NCBI GenBank assembly: GCA_963760875.1
Contig: CAVXEH010000002.1
Span: forward strand, 336,258 to 400,257
Reading direction: 5' to 3'
From: an uncultured Chloroflexia bacterium
Lineage (GTDB): Bacteria > Chloroflexota > Limnocylindria > QHBO01
DNA: 64,000 bases
The translations under genes were made by a program, and so were the position numbers. The notes beneath the pieces are model-generated. The model was not told the DNA's origin. It did no database searches and was given only the letters and a program-made list of their open reading frames with translations. Of the stretch, positions 38,137 through 47,275 are shown in pieces; within the stretch, counting starts at the first letter, position 1, and each line of letters starts with the position of its first letter.

Positions 38137-38898
38137 ATGTTGTCGATCGACTTGAACGGCGACGTCGGCGAGAGCTACGGCACATGGAGTCACGGGCAGG
38201 ACGACGAACTGATCCCGCTGCTCACATCAGCCAACCTTGCATGTGGCTTCCACGCTGGCGACCCCCTGACGATGCGGCGTACAGCAGCAATCGCGCTTGA
38301 ACACGGCGTGGCAATCGGCGCGCACCCGGCCTACCCCGACCTCGTCGGCTTTGGCCGCCGGGACCTCGAGATGCAGGATCGCGAGCTCGAAGCGGCCGTC
38401 CTCTACCAGATCGGTGCGGCGGCGGCCATCGTGCGCTCCGTTGGCGGCCATCTCACACATGTCAAGCCGCACGGGGCGCTCTACAACCGTTCCGCCCGGG
38501 ATCCCCGGGTGGCCAGGGCGGTCGCTCGCGCAGTTGCTGCGGCTGACCAGCACCTCGTGCTAGTTGGCTTGGCTGGATCGCAATCCATCTCGGAGGCCGG
38601 AGCGCTCGGGCTTCGCACCATCGCAGAAGCGTTCGCAGATCGCCGCTACGAGGCCGACGGCCGCTTGCGATCGCGGAAATTCCCAGGCGCTGTGATGTCG
38701 GACCCAGAAGAGGTATGTCAGCAGGCCCTTCAAATCGTCGCTGGCAGCATCCATTCAGTAGATGGGGCCACCGTTGCCATTTCAGCCGCGACCATCTGCC
38801 TCCATAGCGACACTCCGGGAGCCGCAGACCTGGCACGCCAAGTCCGCAGCGCCCTCCTCGACGCAGGAGTTGCTCTGGCGGCCCCTTACTCAGCGTGA
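38137..38898 (+). CDS. pxpA: 5-oxoprolinase subunit A (LamB/YcsF family)
   Basis: SIDLNGDVGESYG...LLTSANLACGFHAGDP...IGAHPAYPDLVGFGRR are LamB/YcsF blocks. Confidence 0.8.
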   Translation: MLSIDLNGDVGESYGTWSHGQDDELIPLLTSANLACGFHAGDPLTMRRTAAIALEHGVAIGAHPAYPDLVGFGRRDLEMQDRELEAAVLYQIGAAAAIVRSVGGHLTHVKPHGALYNRSARDPRVARAVARAVAAADQHLVLVGLAGSQSISEAGALGLRTIAEAFADRRYEADGRLRSRKFPGAVMSDPEEVCQQALQIVAGSIHSVDGATVAISAATICLHSDTPGAADLARQVRSALLDAGVALAAPYSA

Positions 38899-39557
38899 GC
38901 CGCTACCCGGTCATCGCTCCTTTTGGCGACGGCGCCGTGCTGATCGTCCTAGGTGACAAGATCGATGTTGCGCTGAATGCCAAAGCACACGCGATGGCGG
39001 CGGCCGTGGCAGATGAGCGCGTGAAGCATCCGGAATGGGGCCGGCCTGTTGTCGGCTTCGCGAGCATCCTGCTCCGGTACGACCCGCTTACCGTACCGTG
39101 GCACGCAGCCCGACGGTTCGCGAGGTTGCTCCTGACCGTCGAACCATCCGTCTCGCCCAAAGGCAGCGGCCCGATTGTTATCCCCGTCCGTTACGGGGGC
39201 GCGGACGGACCCGACCTTGATCAGGTGGCAGAGCGACTTGGCCTCAGCTCGGCGGACGTCGTGGAGATGCACTGTGGGCAGGAGTACCTGGTGTTCTGCA
39301 TCGGCTTCTCGCCCGGCTTTCCCTACCTCGGAATGCTACCGCCGGCACTGAGCCTTCCCCGCCGAGACCGACCCCGAACGCGCGTACCGGCTGGCTCGGT
39401 CGCCATCGCTCGGCGGCAAACGGCCATATATCCACTGCCGACGGCGGGCGGTTGGCATCTCATCGGGCGCACGAACCTGCCCCTGTGGGCTGCTGATCGC
39501 GACCCCCCCTCACTGTTGCGTCCAGGTCAGAGCGTGCGATTCGTAGCAGATCGATGA
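38895..39557 (+). CDS. pxpB: 5-oxoprolinase subunit B (allophanate hydrolase subunit 1/KipI-like)
   Basis: EYLVFCIGFSPGFPYLG and AIARRQTAIYPLPTAGGWHLIG are conserved PxpB blocks. ATGA coupling with pxpA. Confidence 0.8.
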   Translation: MSRYPVIAPFGDGAVLIVLGDKIDVALNAKAHAMAAAVADERVKHPEWGRPVVGFASILLRYDPLTVPWHAARRFARLLLTVEPSVSPKGSGPIVIPVRYGGADGPDLDQVAERLGLSSADVVEMHCGQEYLVFCIGFSPGFPYLGMLPPALSLPRRDRPRTRVPAGSVAIARRQTAIYPLPTAGGWHLIGRTNLPLWAADRDPPSLLRPGQSVRFVADR

Positions 39558-40564
39558 CCGACCTGCTGGAAGTCATCTCGAGCGGACCCCTTGCTACGAT
39601 TCAGGACGCCGGCCGCCCAGATTTCACCGATATCGGCGTGCCACACGGCGGCGCCTGCGATCCACTCTGCCATGTAATCGCCAACGCCCTCGTCGCCTGT
39701 CCGCCGGAAGCACCGGTCATCGAGATCGCAGGTGGAGGCTTTCGGGCGCGCGCGCTGGAAGCCTGCATAGTCGCCGTCGCGGGTGTCAACGTTCACCTCG
39801 CCGTGACCGGACGGGCAGCGATGCGAGCGAACCGGGGGGTCTATCTCCATCGTGGCGACGTCCTTGAAGTCGTGGTGAATCCACATAGCGGCCTTCGGAG
39901 CTACATGGCAATTCAAGGCGGTTTCCAGGTGGCACAGGTCCTTGGATCTGCCTCGGCCTACCCGTTAGCGGGCTTCCCGGGGCTGGCGGGGAGGAGCCTA
40001 GAGTCCGGAGACCGACTTTCGGCCAAACCGGGGCGGTCGGCGTACCTCCCTCCGCTGTCTTGGCCGGACTCCGGCCCTCAGCCCCAACTACCTGACAGTC
40101 CTCTCCACGTACTGACCGCACCAACCAAGTCGTACTTCTCCTCGGCGGCTTTACGTTCATTTGCCGCTGACGAGTTCAAAGTCACCGAGCATGCCGACCG
40201 GACGGGTATCCGGCTGACCGGCGGAAACTTGCGGCCGTCCTTCGAGCTAGGGGAGCCCGTTTCGTACGGAATGGTGCGCGGTGCGGTCCAAGTCTCGAAC
40301 GACGGCACTCTCATGCTACTGATGCCTGATCACCCAACCATAGGTGGCTATCCGGTAATCGGGGTTCTGACCTCTGTCGATATTCCCATGGCTGCTCAAC
40401 TTAGGCCAGGCGACAGCGTGAGATTCTCACCGATGCCATTGGCCGAGTCGCAGCGCCTGCTCACAGAACGGGACTCGGAGCTTCGGAACGCGATAGCCGA
40501 ATTGGGCCGAGAGGACTACCAATGGTCGGAGCTTCTGGAGGATGCGGGAATGCCTGGAATGTAG
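39554..40564 (+). CDS. pxpC: 5-oxoprolinase subunit C (allophanate hydrolase subunit 2/KipA-like)
   Basis: ISSGPLATIQDAGR...GVPHGGACD N-terminus and C-terminal MPDHPTIGGYPVIGV are typical of PxpC. Coupled to pxpB. Confidence 0.8.
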   Translation: MTDLLEVISSGPLATIQDAGRPDFTDIGVPHGGACDPLCHVIANALVACPPEAPVIEIAGGGFRARALEACIVAVAGVNVHLAVTGRAAMRANRGVYLHRGDVLEVVVNPHSGLRSYMAIQGGFQVAQVLGSASAYPLAGFPGLAGRSLESGDRLSAKPGRSAYLPPLSWPDSGPQPQLPDSPLHVLTAPTKSYFSSAALRSFAADEFKVTEHADRTGIRLTGGNLRPSFELGEPVSYGMVRGAVQVSNDGTLMLLMPDHPTIGGYPVIGVLTSVDIPMAAQLRPGDSVRFSPMPLAESQRLLTERDSELRNAIAELGREDYQWSELLEDAGMPGM

Positions 40565-41073
40565 CGGGCGTCATCCCGCGTTGCGCCGCCTCCAATTGGC
40601 TAGCCTCGCACTACCCGGTCGGTCCAGCTCTCCGGCGTGACCCTCGGGGGTCGGGACCTTGCACACGAGCGGATTGCTTCCACGCGACGCCCCGTACTGA
40701 CCGCCCCGCCCGCCGTCTTCGCACAAGGAGCGGCGCAGTGGAGAACGGTCGGCCCCGCCCGATGCGGCCCGAGGTCGACGCCGAACAGCGCCATCGACTG
40801 GATCTAACGCGCGATCTGTGCACATTCCCGGCATGGCCGGTGGATCGCCACGATCGTTGCCGCGTCGCCGGACCTGACATCCCGCGCGCCCGCGACAGCG
40901 CTTGCTTGGGTGTTTGGCGCTGTGCCCGAGGCGGCGGCTAGGGGCAGAGCGGATAACCGGCAACGAAATCATCGATCGTGAATCAGATGACCGTAGCGCA
41001 CGCGGCCAAGCGGTTAGTAGCCGCCGGGCTACAGGCCGCATTCGTGCTCAGAATCGGCCGATTCGGGGCGATT

Positions 41074-41094
41074 GAGAGTCACTCTGAGAGTCAC
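41074..41094. repeat. Tandem 9-mer GAGAGTCAC-tct-GAGAGTCAC
   Basis: Direct observation in the gene-poor segment 40.56-41.54 kb. Confidence 0.7.
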
Positions 41095-41222
41095 GCCTCA
41101 GTAAAGTTGGCTGATCTGACCGGTACCGGATACCGGATTCGGTGTAAGAGGCCGCTCCAAGGTGCTGTGAGCGCGGCCATGCCGCTGGAGAGGGCAGCAG
41201 ACCGCAGGAATCGGCTGGGCAT

Positions 41223-41255
41223 AGGGGTCAGATTAGGGGTCAGATTAGGGGTCAC
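41223..41255. repeat. Tandem 12-mer AGGGGTCAGATT x2.7
   Basis: AGGGGTCAGATTAGGGGTCAGATTAGGGGTCAC. Confidence 0.8.
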
Positions 41256-41538
41256 CCGCAGGACCCATCGAGAGACTCCCCGGCGCGTACCTCGCGGAAG
41301 GGCGGACAGAGCCTGGGACGTCCAGGACTCTCATGCGGCCTACCGATGTCCCCCGCGATTACGCCGCCCAAGCCTTACTGGCCGCTTACTCCTCTGCGGG
41401 CTCGAGCCTTGACGTGCATCACGGTTGCGTGGATCGGCGCTGCCGGCACCCGCCTACCCATACGGACTATTGCCCCCAGAGCCACCCCATGGTCTTCTGG
41501 CACGGATGACGATCAAGTCGGCCACTTTCGCTATTTCA

Positions 41539-41927
41539 TGATCAGGTTGCTCGTCCACCTTCTTCCTAGGAACGTTCAGGACGCCATCGGACGGGTCCTC
41601 TTCTGGGCAGTAGGCATTCCTCTCCTACTCCTGGTACTGGGAGGACTTGTCGTCTATCCCCTCGTTTGGCAGGCGATGAACCCCACTGCGGGTGTTCCGG
41701 CGGCTAGCGCAACGACGGTCACCGCGACGCCGCCGACCTACGGGTACGAACAATGCTCAGAACTCGGCAATCGGATAGCCGATCTAAAGTCCACGGCACT
41801 TCACGAGTACGCCATGTCCGCCTACACGGCGAACGACGTGTATAACGCGCGGGTCGATGCGGTCAACCGGCTTGTTGATCTGTTCAACCGGGAATGCGCT
41901 GGGAAACCGTCGCTGTGGGGCAATTAG
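41539..41927 (+). CDS. Hypothetical small membrane-anchored protein
   Basis: One TM helix (LLLLVLGGLVVYPLVWQAM) then a soluble domain with two Cys. The track ORF starts at 41346; internal start MIRLLVH is more plausible. No known motif. Confidence 0.3.
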
Positions 41928-42384
41928 CGCGTGCACCTCGTCGCCATTCGAGGGATTCGGCGGTGAGGTCGTGGCTACCACATCGCATCGCCGCCAAGCG
42001 CTTCGCGCACTGGACGGGTCAGCAGCTCGAAATCCGCGCTTCGCCAAGCCGGTCACCTAACACGATCGCCTGACCCGGCCAGCCCTACGGTGCTGCGCTC
42101 GTCCCACCCATTCCGTGTGTCGTGGGCCATTTGGCGCGCGGCCTGCGCGACGACCGCGACATAGTCGGGATCACCCTTGACCCCACCCGACCGCACCGTG
42201 GCAAATACCGCTCGTGCGCCAGCGCCCCCGCGGCTCCCGGGGCCAGGTGGCATTCCCGCCTGATGGCGTCGTCCTCGTTGGCTCCGTCCCTCGACGATCC
42301 GAAGGTACTACATCCCACTGGCACAGCCATCCATTAGGGTGCGACCCTCAAATGTCGCGGCGAGCATACGGAGGAAGTCACTTG

Positions 42385-43458
42385 GGTGCGCGACTTGCCA
42401 CAGCCCGACGATGGGGCTCAAAGGCATCGCGCAACCCGCTCGCCATTGCGGGCCTCGCCTTTGCATTCGGCCTCTTGGTCGCTAGCATCCACTACTGGTC
42501 CGTGAGTTACGTCGCGGGCTGGACCTCGCCAGGCTCCACCGTCAAGGGCACCACGCCCCAGCCGCAGCAGACGTCCCTGAGACTGAATCCGATTTGTGGC
42601 GGCGCCATGGTTTGGGTGCCTGCTCGCCACGAATGTGATTGGCGCCAGGTTTCATGGGACGGAAGCGTTAGCCATTTCTACTTCCCGCCCAATGCCCCAT
42701 CATGTCCCCTCGGCTACAACAGCACCGGCTATCTTGGCGCCGGCACCGGTGACCTATCCCGTGTTGGGCGATCCGATGAGTGCATTATGCCCGCCGTGCA
42801 GGGGGTTCCAGACAGGGTTGTGCCAGCCGAGGATCATCCGCCTACGTTCGCGCGACCACCCGACGTGGGAGACGGCCAGCTGGCAGCAGTCACCGCCTTG
42901 ATCGCCTATTTCCTCGTCGTGGCCCTCATCGTCTCTGGCCGCGCGATCCGCGGCACTGTCTCGGTTGGCGAGGATCACAGCCACTCCGTTGCCCAGACGC
43001 CGACGTACCGGCCGCGGGATGCAGTCGACGCGGCGTCCCCGGACAGGCCGTGGCGGATGATCGGACGGCGTCCGCACTTCCTCGTGTCTCTGGCGCCGAT
43101 GAGTGCGCTGCGGCGGATGATCCGACGGCTCCCGATTTGGTTCGTGCTTGTGGGGTTCGCTGCGGTCATCGGCCTCGTGACCATCTTCGGCAACAACAAT
43201 CAGGTCAGGGACTACCTCACCCAGGCGGGATTCACGCACATTGGCGACGTGCAGGTGAGCGCACCGTCGAAGGCTTACGGACAGATCAACGTTGACGTTG
43301 CGACGACCGATCAGGCCTACGCGCTGCGGGTCTGTGAGGCTCTCGTCGGCAGATTCACGGCAAACGATCGGCCATTGGCGGTCTACGTCTTCTTCGACCC
43401 AAATAGGGACATCTCGGGGGGGTTCACGAACAAGCCGCAGTGTTCCCTAGAGCGTTAG
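42385..43458 (+). CDS. Hypothetical membrane protein (3 predicted TM helices, Cys-rich extracytoplasmic segment)
   Basis: GGAGGAA SD before TTG 42385. TM segments LAIAGLAFAFGLLVASIHYW, LAAVTALIAYFLVVALIVSG and LPIWFVLVGFAAVIGLVTIF. No recognisable domain. Confidence 0.4.
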   Translation, partial: GARLATARRWGSKASRNPLAIAGLAFAFGLLVASIHYWSVSYVAGWTSPGSTVKGTTPQPQQTSLRLNPICGGAMVWVPARHECDWRQVSWDGSVSHFYFPPNAPSCPLGYNSTGYLGAGTGDLSRVGRSDECIMPAVQGVPDRVVPAEDHPPTFARPPDVGDGQLAAVTALIAYFLVVALIVSGRAIRGTVSVGEDHSHSVAQTPTYRPRDAVDAASPDRPWRMIGRRPHFLVSLAPMSALRRMIRRLPIWFVLVGFAAVIGLVTIFGNNNQVRDYLTQAGFTHIGDVQVSAPSKAYGQINVDVATTDQAYALRVCEALVGRFTANDRPLAVYVFFDPNRDISGGFTNKPQCSLER

Positions 43459-44481
43459 TGCCAAGCCCGTGGGCCTCCTGATGACCGCCGACCAATCTCT
43501 GCCGGAGACCCACGCGAGGTTAGGGCGCCTCACCCGCACGCATGGGGAGGGCACCTCCGTGCTTCTGGCCGGGGTATCGGCGAGTTCGCTCGTCATGGCC
43601 GTGGTTCTGGGCTTTCGAACCTGTACAGCTCGCGCGTGTTCTCTGGGAGCTGTTGGAGAATCGCCGCGCGTGTCGTCTGGCTATATACCGCAGAGCCAAC
43701 CGCGAGACCTTCCAAGACGACGAGCGCCGCGTTGAATGGGCGGTCCCAACCATGGTTCGTTTGGTGGATGCGCTGGGACCCGGCATCAAGGCCTGTAGTG
43801 CCGGCAGGGCAGGCCTAGCGTTGCCTCCTCCGGCGCTCGGGAGTCGGACGGCGCATCACGCGTAGCGCCGGATGCCGAAGAGCGCATAAGTACCCGACAT
43901 CTCCTGCGCTGCCTGCGCCGATTCACCCTCAGTCGCCTCGACCGAAACCGCCCATCCGAGTCCGCTGGAGGGTTATGCGCTGTTCCCCAGTGAGGACCCT
44001 GATCGTGAGTCGAGTGACCCTGCACGGTGGTGTTAGCCCAACATTCGATCCAGGTTGCGAGGGATCCGACGCGGAATTGCCGAACCCCTTGTACGGGTAG
44101 GTACCGCATGCTCGCTTCGTTCCGGTGGGAACGAGGCACGCGCTCCACGTCGAAGTGGAATGCAGGTGCCCTTAGGACCGACCGCAACTGCGCTGGCGAC
44201 ACCGCCTGAGTCGAAGTCAGGCGGTGCCCTTCGGCAGGCGCTCAATACGGCTCCTGTTGATCGAGCCGTGCGATGCCCGTTGGCGCACCGCGTTGGGGTG
44301 CCCACGCCATTCGCGTCACTTTCATCACGCTCGCCGCCGAAGGTGGAGCATCCCCTCGACTTCGTGCACCGTGGCATGCATCGGACCCGCGCACGGCCGA
44401 GCGCTGTATCCGTTGCCAGACGATCTAGACAACATCCCCACCGACTGCATCCACCTCAAGTCCGCCGCTCAGACGTCGCGA

Positions 44482-45555
44482 TCAGAACGGCATGTCGTCT
44501 ACGTCAGCGAACGACGGTGCTTCCCCGAAGTCGACCTCTTCCTCGTCGGCGGGTCCGGTTTCGTCGTCCATTGCATCCAGTGTGGCAGCGAGATGGCCGA
44601 TCATCACGTCCGCACGCGCGAGCACTTGGTCAAAGGTGAGGATCTCGACCCCGCTGAGGTGCGCGTTCAGGCGGCGGAGGGCGCGTCGACGATCGTCATC
44701 CCAGTCATTCGACCTGCCGATCACGATCCGGATGCGCGGGTAGACCACCGGCAGGTGGTAACGGTCCCTGAGAACGAACTTCTGGTCGTCGAGCTTCTCG
44801 AGGTAGCTCAGGGACTGCCCAAGAGCGGCGCCGAAGTCGCCAGCTGGTCTCCACGTGCGATGCGACGGGTCCCAGGTCAAGACGCTCGCTGACACACGCT
44901 TGAGCTCAAACAGGTCAAGGAACCCGTCGGCCGTCCTCATGATGAAGTCGCCCTGAGCTTCGATGTCGAACTGTCGGCGATCTTCGCGGGCGACGTACTC
45001 GGACCCGAAGATCCACGGGTGGGCCTCGAACCAGGACTGCAGCTCGCGCTCGAGCGGGTCCTCATCAACCAGCGCCGCCAGCTCGGCTTTGCCCCGCCGC
45101 ATGCGGGCGAGATTGCTGGCTGCTTGGAGGACTTGCGTGTCCTCCTCCTCCATCAGACGGATGATTGGCAGGAACGCCTTGGGGTTGCGGCGGAGACCCG
45201 AAAGCAGGCTGAGAATCCCTTGTGCGTCCGGCTTGTTGTCGTCGATCAGAACAGTGAGGTAGCGGGTAGAGCGGCCCTGTGGCAACGCCTCGCGCCATGC
45301 CACCATGTGCGAGAACAAGCTGTCGAATGCAGAGCCCTCGAGCGGGATATGCTCGGTCGGCTCGGATGGCCACGCGTCGGCCAATCCCGATCGCTGCCAC
45401 CGATCGATCTTCAGGCGGATCGAGTGCGGGCTACCGTCGGGTCGGCGGATCAGCACTGCTCGAACGCGGACACGAACTCGGGGACCTTCGTGGAGCGTGA
45501 CATCCTCGGAGAACCCGAGGTTCCCGTGCGTCTCTATGCGGCCCCCCTTGTCCAT
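44482..45555 (-). CDS. PD-(D/E)xK-like nuclease-domain protein (possible DUF4263/Shedu-like); candidate defense protein
   Basis: GGAGG SD 9 nt upstream of ATG. The C-terminal region has the restriction-endonuclease-like signature IMRTADGFLDLFELKR (D...D-x-ELK) followed by RIRIVIGRS. The N-terminal ~200 aa are unique. Confidence 0.45.
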   Translation of the reverse strand: MDKGGRIETHGNLGFSEDVTLHEGPRVRVRVRAVLIRRPDGSPHSIRLKIDRWQRSGLADAWPSEPTEHIPLEGSAFDSLFSHMVAWREALPQGRSTRYLTVLIDDNKPDAQGILSLLSGLRRNPKAFLPIIRLMEEEDTQVLQAASNLARMRRGKAELAALVDEDPLERELQSWFEAHPWIFGSEYVAREDRRQFDIEAQGDFIMRTADGFLDLFELKRVSASVLTWDPSHRTWRPAGDFGAALGQSLSYLEKLDDQKFVLRDRYHLPVVYPRIRIVIGRSNDWDDDRRRALRRLNAHLSGVEILTFDQVLARADVMIGHLAATLDAMDDETGPADEEEVDFGEAPSFADVDDMPF

Positions 45556-45688
45556 AGGGTCCTTCCCTCCCAGACGCTCAGCCTACAGCTCGCGGATGCG
45601 GTTGACACCTGTATCTGACGAGGCGCTCGGCTCCGCCGGCGCTCGAGCTCTCAAGACGCACTCGGTCGCGGATGTCCATGATCCGAGT

Positions 45689-46693
45689 CTACGACCCTCC
45701 CTTTGGGTCATCGTCGTCGTCTTGGTCGGCCCAGTACAGCATCTCCATCGACATGGCCGTCCAGGTCACGCCTGTGTCGCCCACGGTCGCGAACACTTGA
45801 TCGAACCGCGGCGCGTCGAAGAAGAAGAACTCGGCACCGCGAACGTCCTTCTGCGTGTATCGGACTCGCGCCATTCGCCACAAGCCACGAATGAGCTTGA
45901 TGCCCATGAAAGTCATGGGGACCTGCTGGTCCGGCCGCACCCACCGATACGTCGTGAACCACCTCGGATCCTCGGTCCGACTGTCGCGCTTCTGCTCGAT
46001 GTGGTAGATCGCAGGCCCGTGGTGGCGGGTCAGATTACTGTCGCCGAACGAGAAGCCGTACTCGGTTGGGGTCAGGGCCATCCCGTGCTTGGCGCTGTTG
46101 TAGAGCCCCGAGTCCAAGAATTGACGGGCGAAGTACCGGAGAAAGTGCTCAATGTTGTCCACGCTGGCCCACCACATGTCGCGGTCCGGCACGGGCTGCA
46201 GGTACGTCGGGTCCGCAACGAGCTGGAATACCTTCGAGACGGGCTCGCGGAACGCATAGTCCTCGTACTTGGTGTCGAGGAAGCGCTCGGTCACCATCCG
46301 CCGGAACTTCGCAGGACCGCGGACGCGGGCCAACTCGAGGGCGGGACACGGCGGCAAGCTCTCGTGCGCGAGGTACAGACGCATCAGCGTCTCGCCAACG
46401 TGGTGCGCCAAGACTTCGCTCTCGGCCAGGACAAAGTGCTCTGCCGACTTCGCCACTGCCGGCTCATCTGGCTCGATCGGCTCCGGCTTCCCCGTGGCCT
46501 CACCGAACTTCACCCCGCCGAATTCACCACCTTTGCGGATAACCGCGGCCCGAGCGTCTCGCGCTCCTGCCGTGATGAGCAGGTTGTCGAACTGCTCCTG
46601 GAAATAATCGGCCGGCTCAGCCGCGTAGTAGGCGCGGTTGATGCCTGGGAAGTTCTCGTCCGCGAGCTTGTCGTCAGGGCTACGGCGCGGCAT
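45689..46693 (-). CDS. Hypothetical protein (334 aa), upstream partner of the nuclease-like gene
   Basis: Long ORF with protein-like composition and an acidic tail DQDDDDDPKGGS. No recognisable motif. Confidence 0.45.
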   Translation of the reverse strand: MPRRSPDDKLADENFPGINRAYYAAEPADYFQEQFDNLLITAGARDARAAVIRKGGEFGGVKFGEATGKPEPIEPDEPAVAKSAEHFVLAESEVLAHHVGETLMRLYLAHESLPPCPALELARVRGPAKFRRMVTERFLDTKYEDYAFREPVSKVFQLVADPTYLQPVPDRDMWWASVDNIEHFLRYFARQFLDSGLYNSAKHGMALTPTEYGFSFGDSNLTRHHGPAIYHIEQKRDSRTEDPRWFTTYRWVRPDQQVPMTFMGIKLIRGLWRMARVRYTQKDVRGAEFFFFDAPRFDQVFATVGDTGVTWTAMSMEMLYWADQDDDDDPKGGS

Positions 46694-46936
46694 TCAACGA
46701 TGCTATCGCCGGTCAGCGGAGGCGGCGCATCGTTTCGGGCGTCTCGCCGAGCGCGAGGCTGGCACTTACGCAGCAGGCTCAGTGATCGTGAGCGCGGACT
46801 ACAGATGTTGTGGGGTTCGCTAGGCACGAAAGGAGTCGAGCCTTCGGTCCCCTGATCCAGAGTCAGGTGCCTTACCGCTTGGCCACGCCCCAACGTTTGA
46901 ACGGGACCCGGGCTTCGCCCGGCCTTCCTTTTGGGA

Positions 46937-47022
46937 TGAGTCAGATGCCCATCCATTTCTGAGTCAGATGCCGATCCGAAAAATCGGATGAGTCTGTTGC
47001 CCTATCGAGCTCCATGAGTCTA
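46937..47022. repeat. GAGTC-containing direct repeats plus a perfect hairpin, immediately upstream of the tRNA fragment
   Basis: GAGTCAGATGCC x2 (46937, 46961); hairpin ATCCGAaaaaTCGGAT; GATGAGTCTG and CATGAGTCTAG. Locally AT-richer. Confidence 0.6.
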
Positions 47023-47189
47023 GCGTGCTCGCTGGCTGCGAGTCCTCCCGAGCCTCCCGACCTGCATAGTCCGGATCCGGCGTTGTCCCCGTAAGCTCCA
47101 CATGGGTCTCAGTCGATGATCTCGCGCTCGATCATGACTCTCGGTCGCCGCGGATCGCCTGCTTTGGAACACGCGTAGGAGGAGAGTGC

Positions 47190-47240
47190 CGGCGGCTGTT
47201 AACCGCTTGGTCGCAGGTTCGAGTCCTGCCGCCGGAGCCA
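47190..47240 (+). pseudogene. tRNA-Asn(GUU) 3' fragment (positions ~26-76: anticodon arm, variable loop, T-arm, acceptor 3' strand, CCA) lacking a 5' acceptor strand and D-arm
   Basis: C-GGCGG-CTGTTAA-CCGCT-TGGTC-GCAGG-TTCGAGT-CCTGC-CGCCGGA-G-CCA. The anticodon loop CUGUUAA is canonical for Asn and the T-loop TTCGAGT is canonical. Upstream sequence (...ACACGCGTAGGAGGAGAGTGC) cannot form a D-arm or acceptor pairing. Confidence 0.55.
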
Positions 47241-47275
47241 CTCTTGTCGTTGACTTCCTAAGTATGCTCTAGGAT

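Noticed and set aside
47160-47240. Possibility that the tRNA-Asn fragment is a full tRNA or the 3' end of tmRNA
   Set aside because: No sequence within 100 nt upstream can pair with the 3' acceptor strand CGCCGGA or form a D-arm. The anticodon arm with the canonical Asn loop is present, which argues for a truncated tRNA rather than a tmRNA terminus.
20955-47240. Idea that the Gly 5' half (20.95 kb) and Asn 3' half (47.19 kb) are two halves of one tRNA split by serine-recombinase insertion of the intervening 26 kb
   Set aside because: Both pieces carry their own, different anticodon arms (UCC versus GUU), and their acceptor strands are not complementary. So they cannot derive from one gene.
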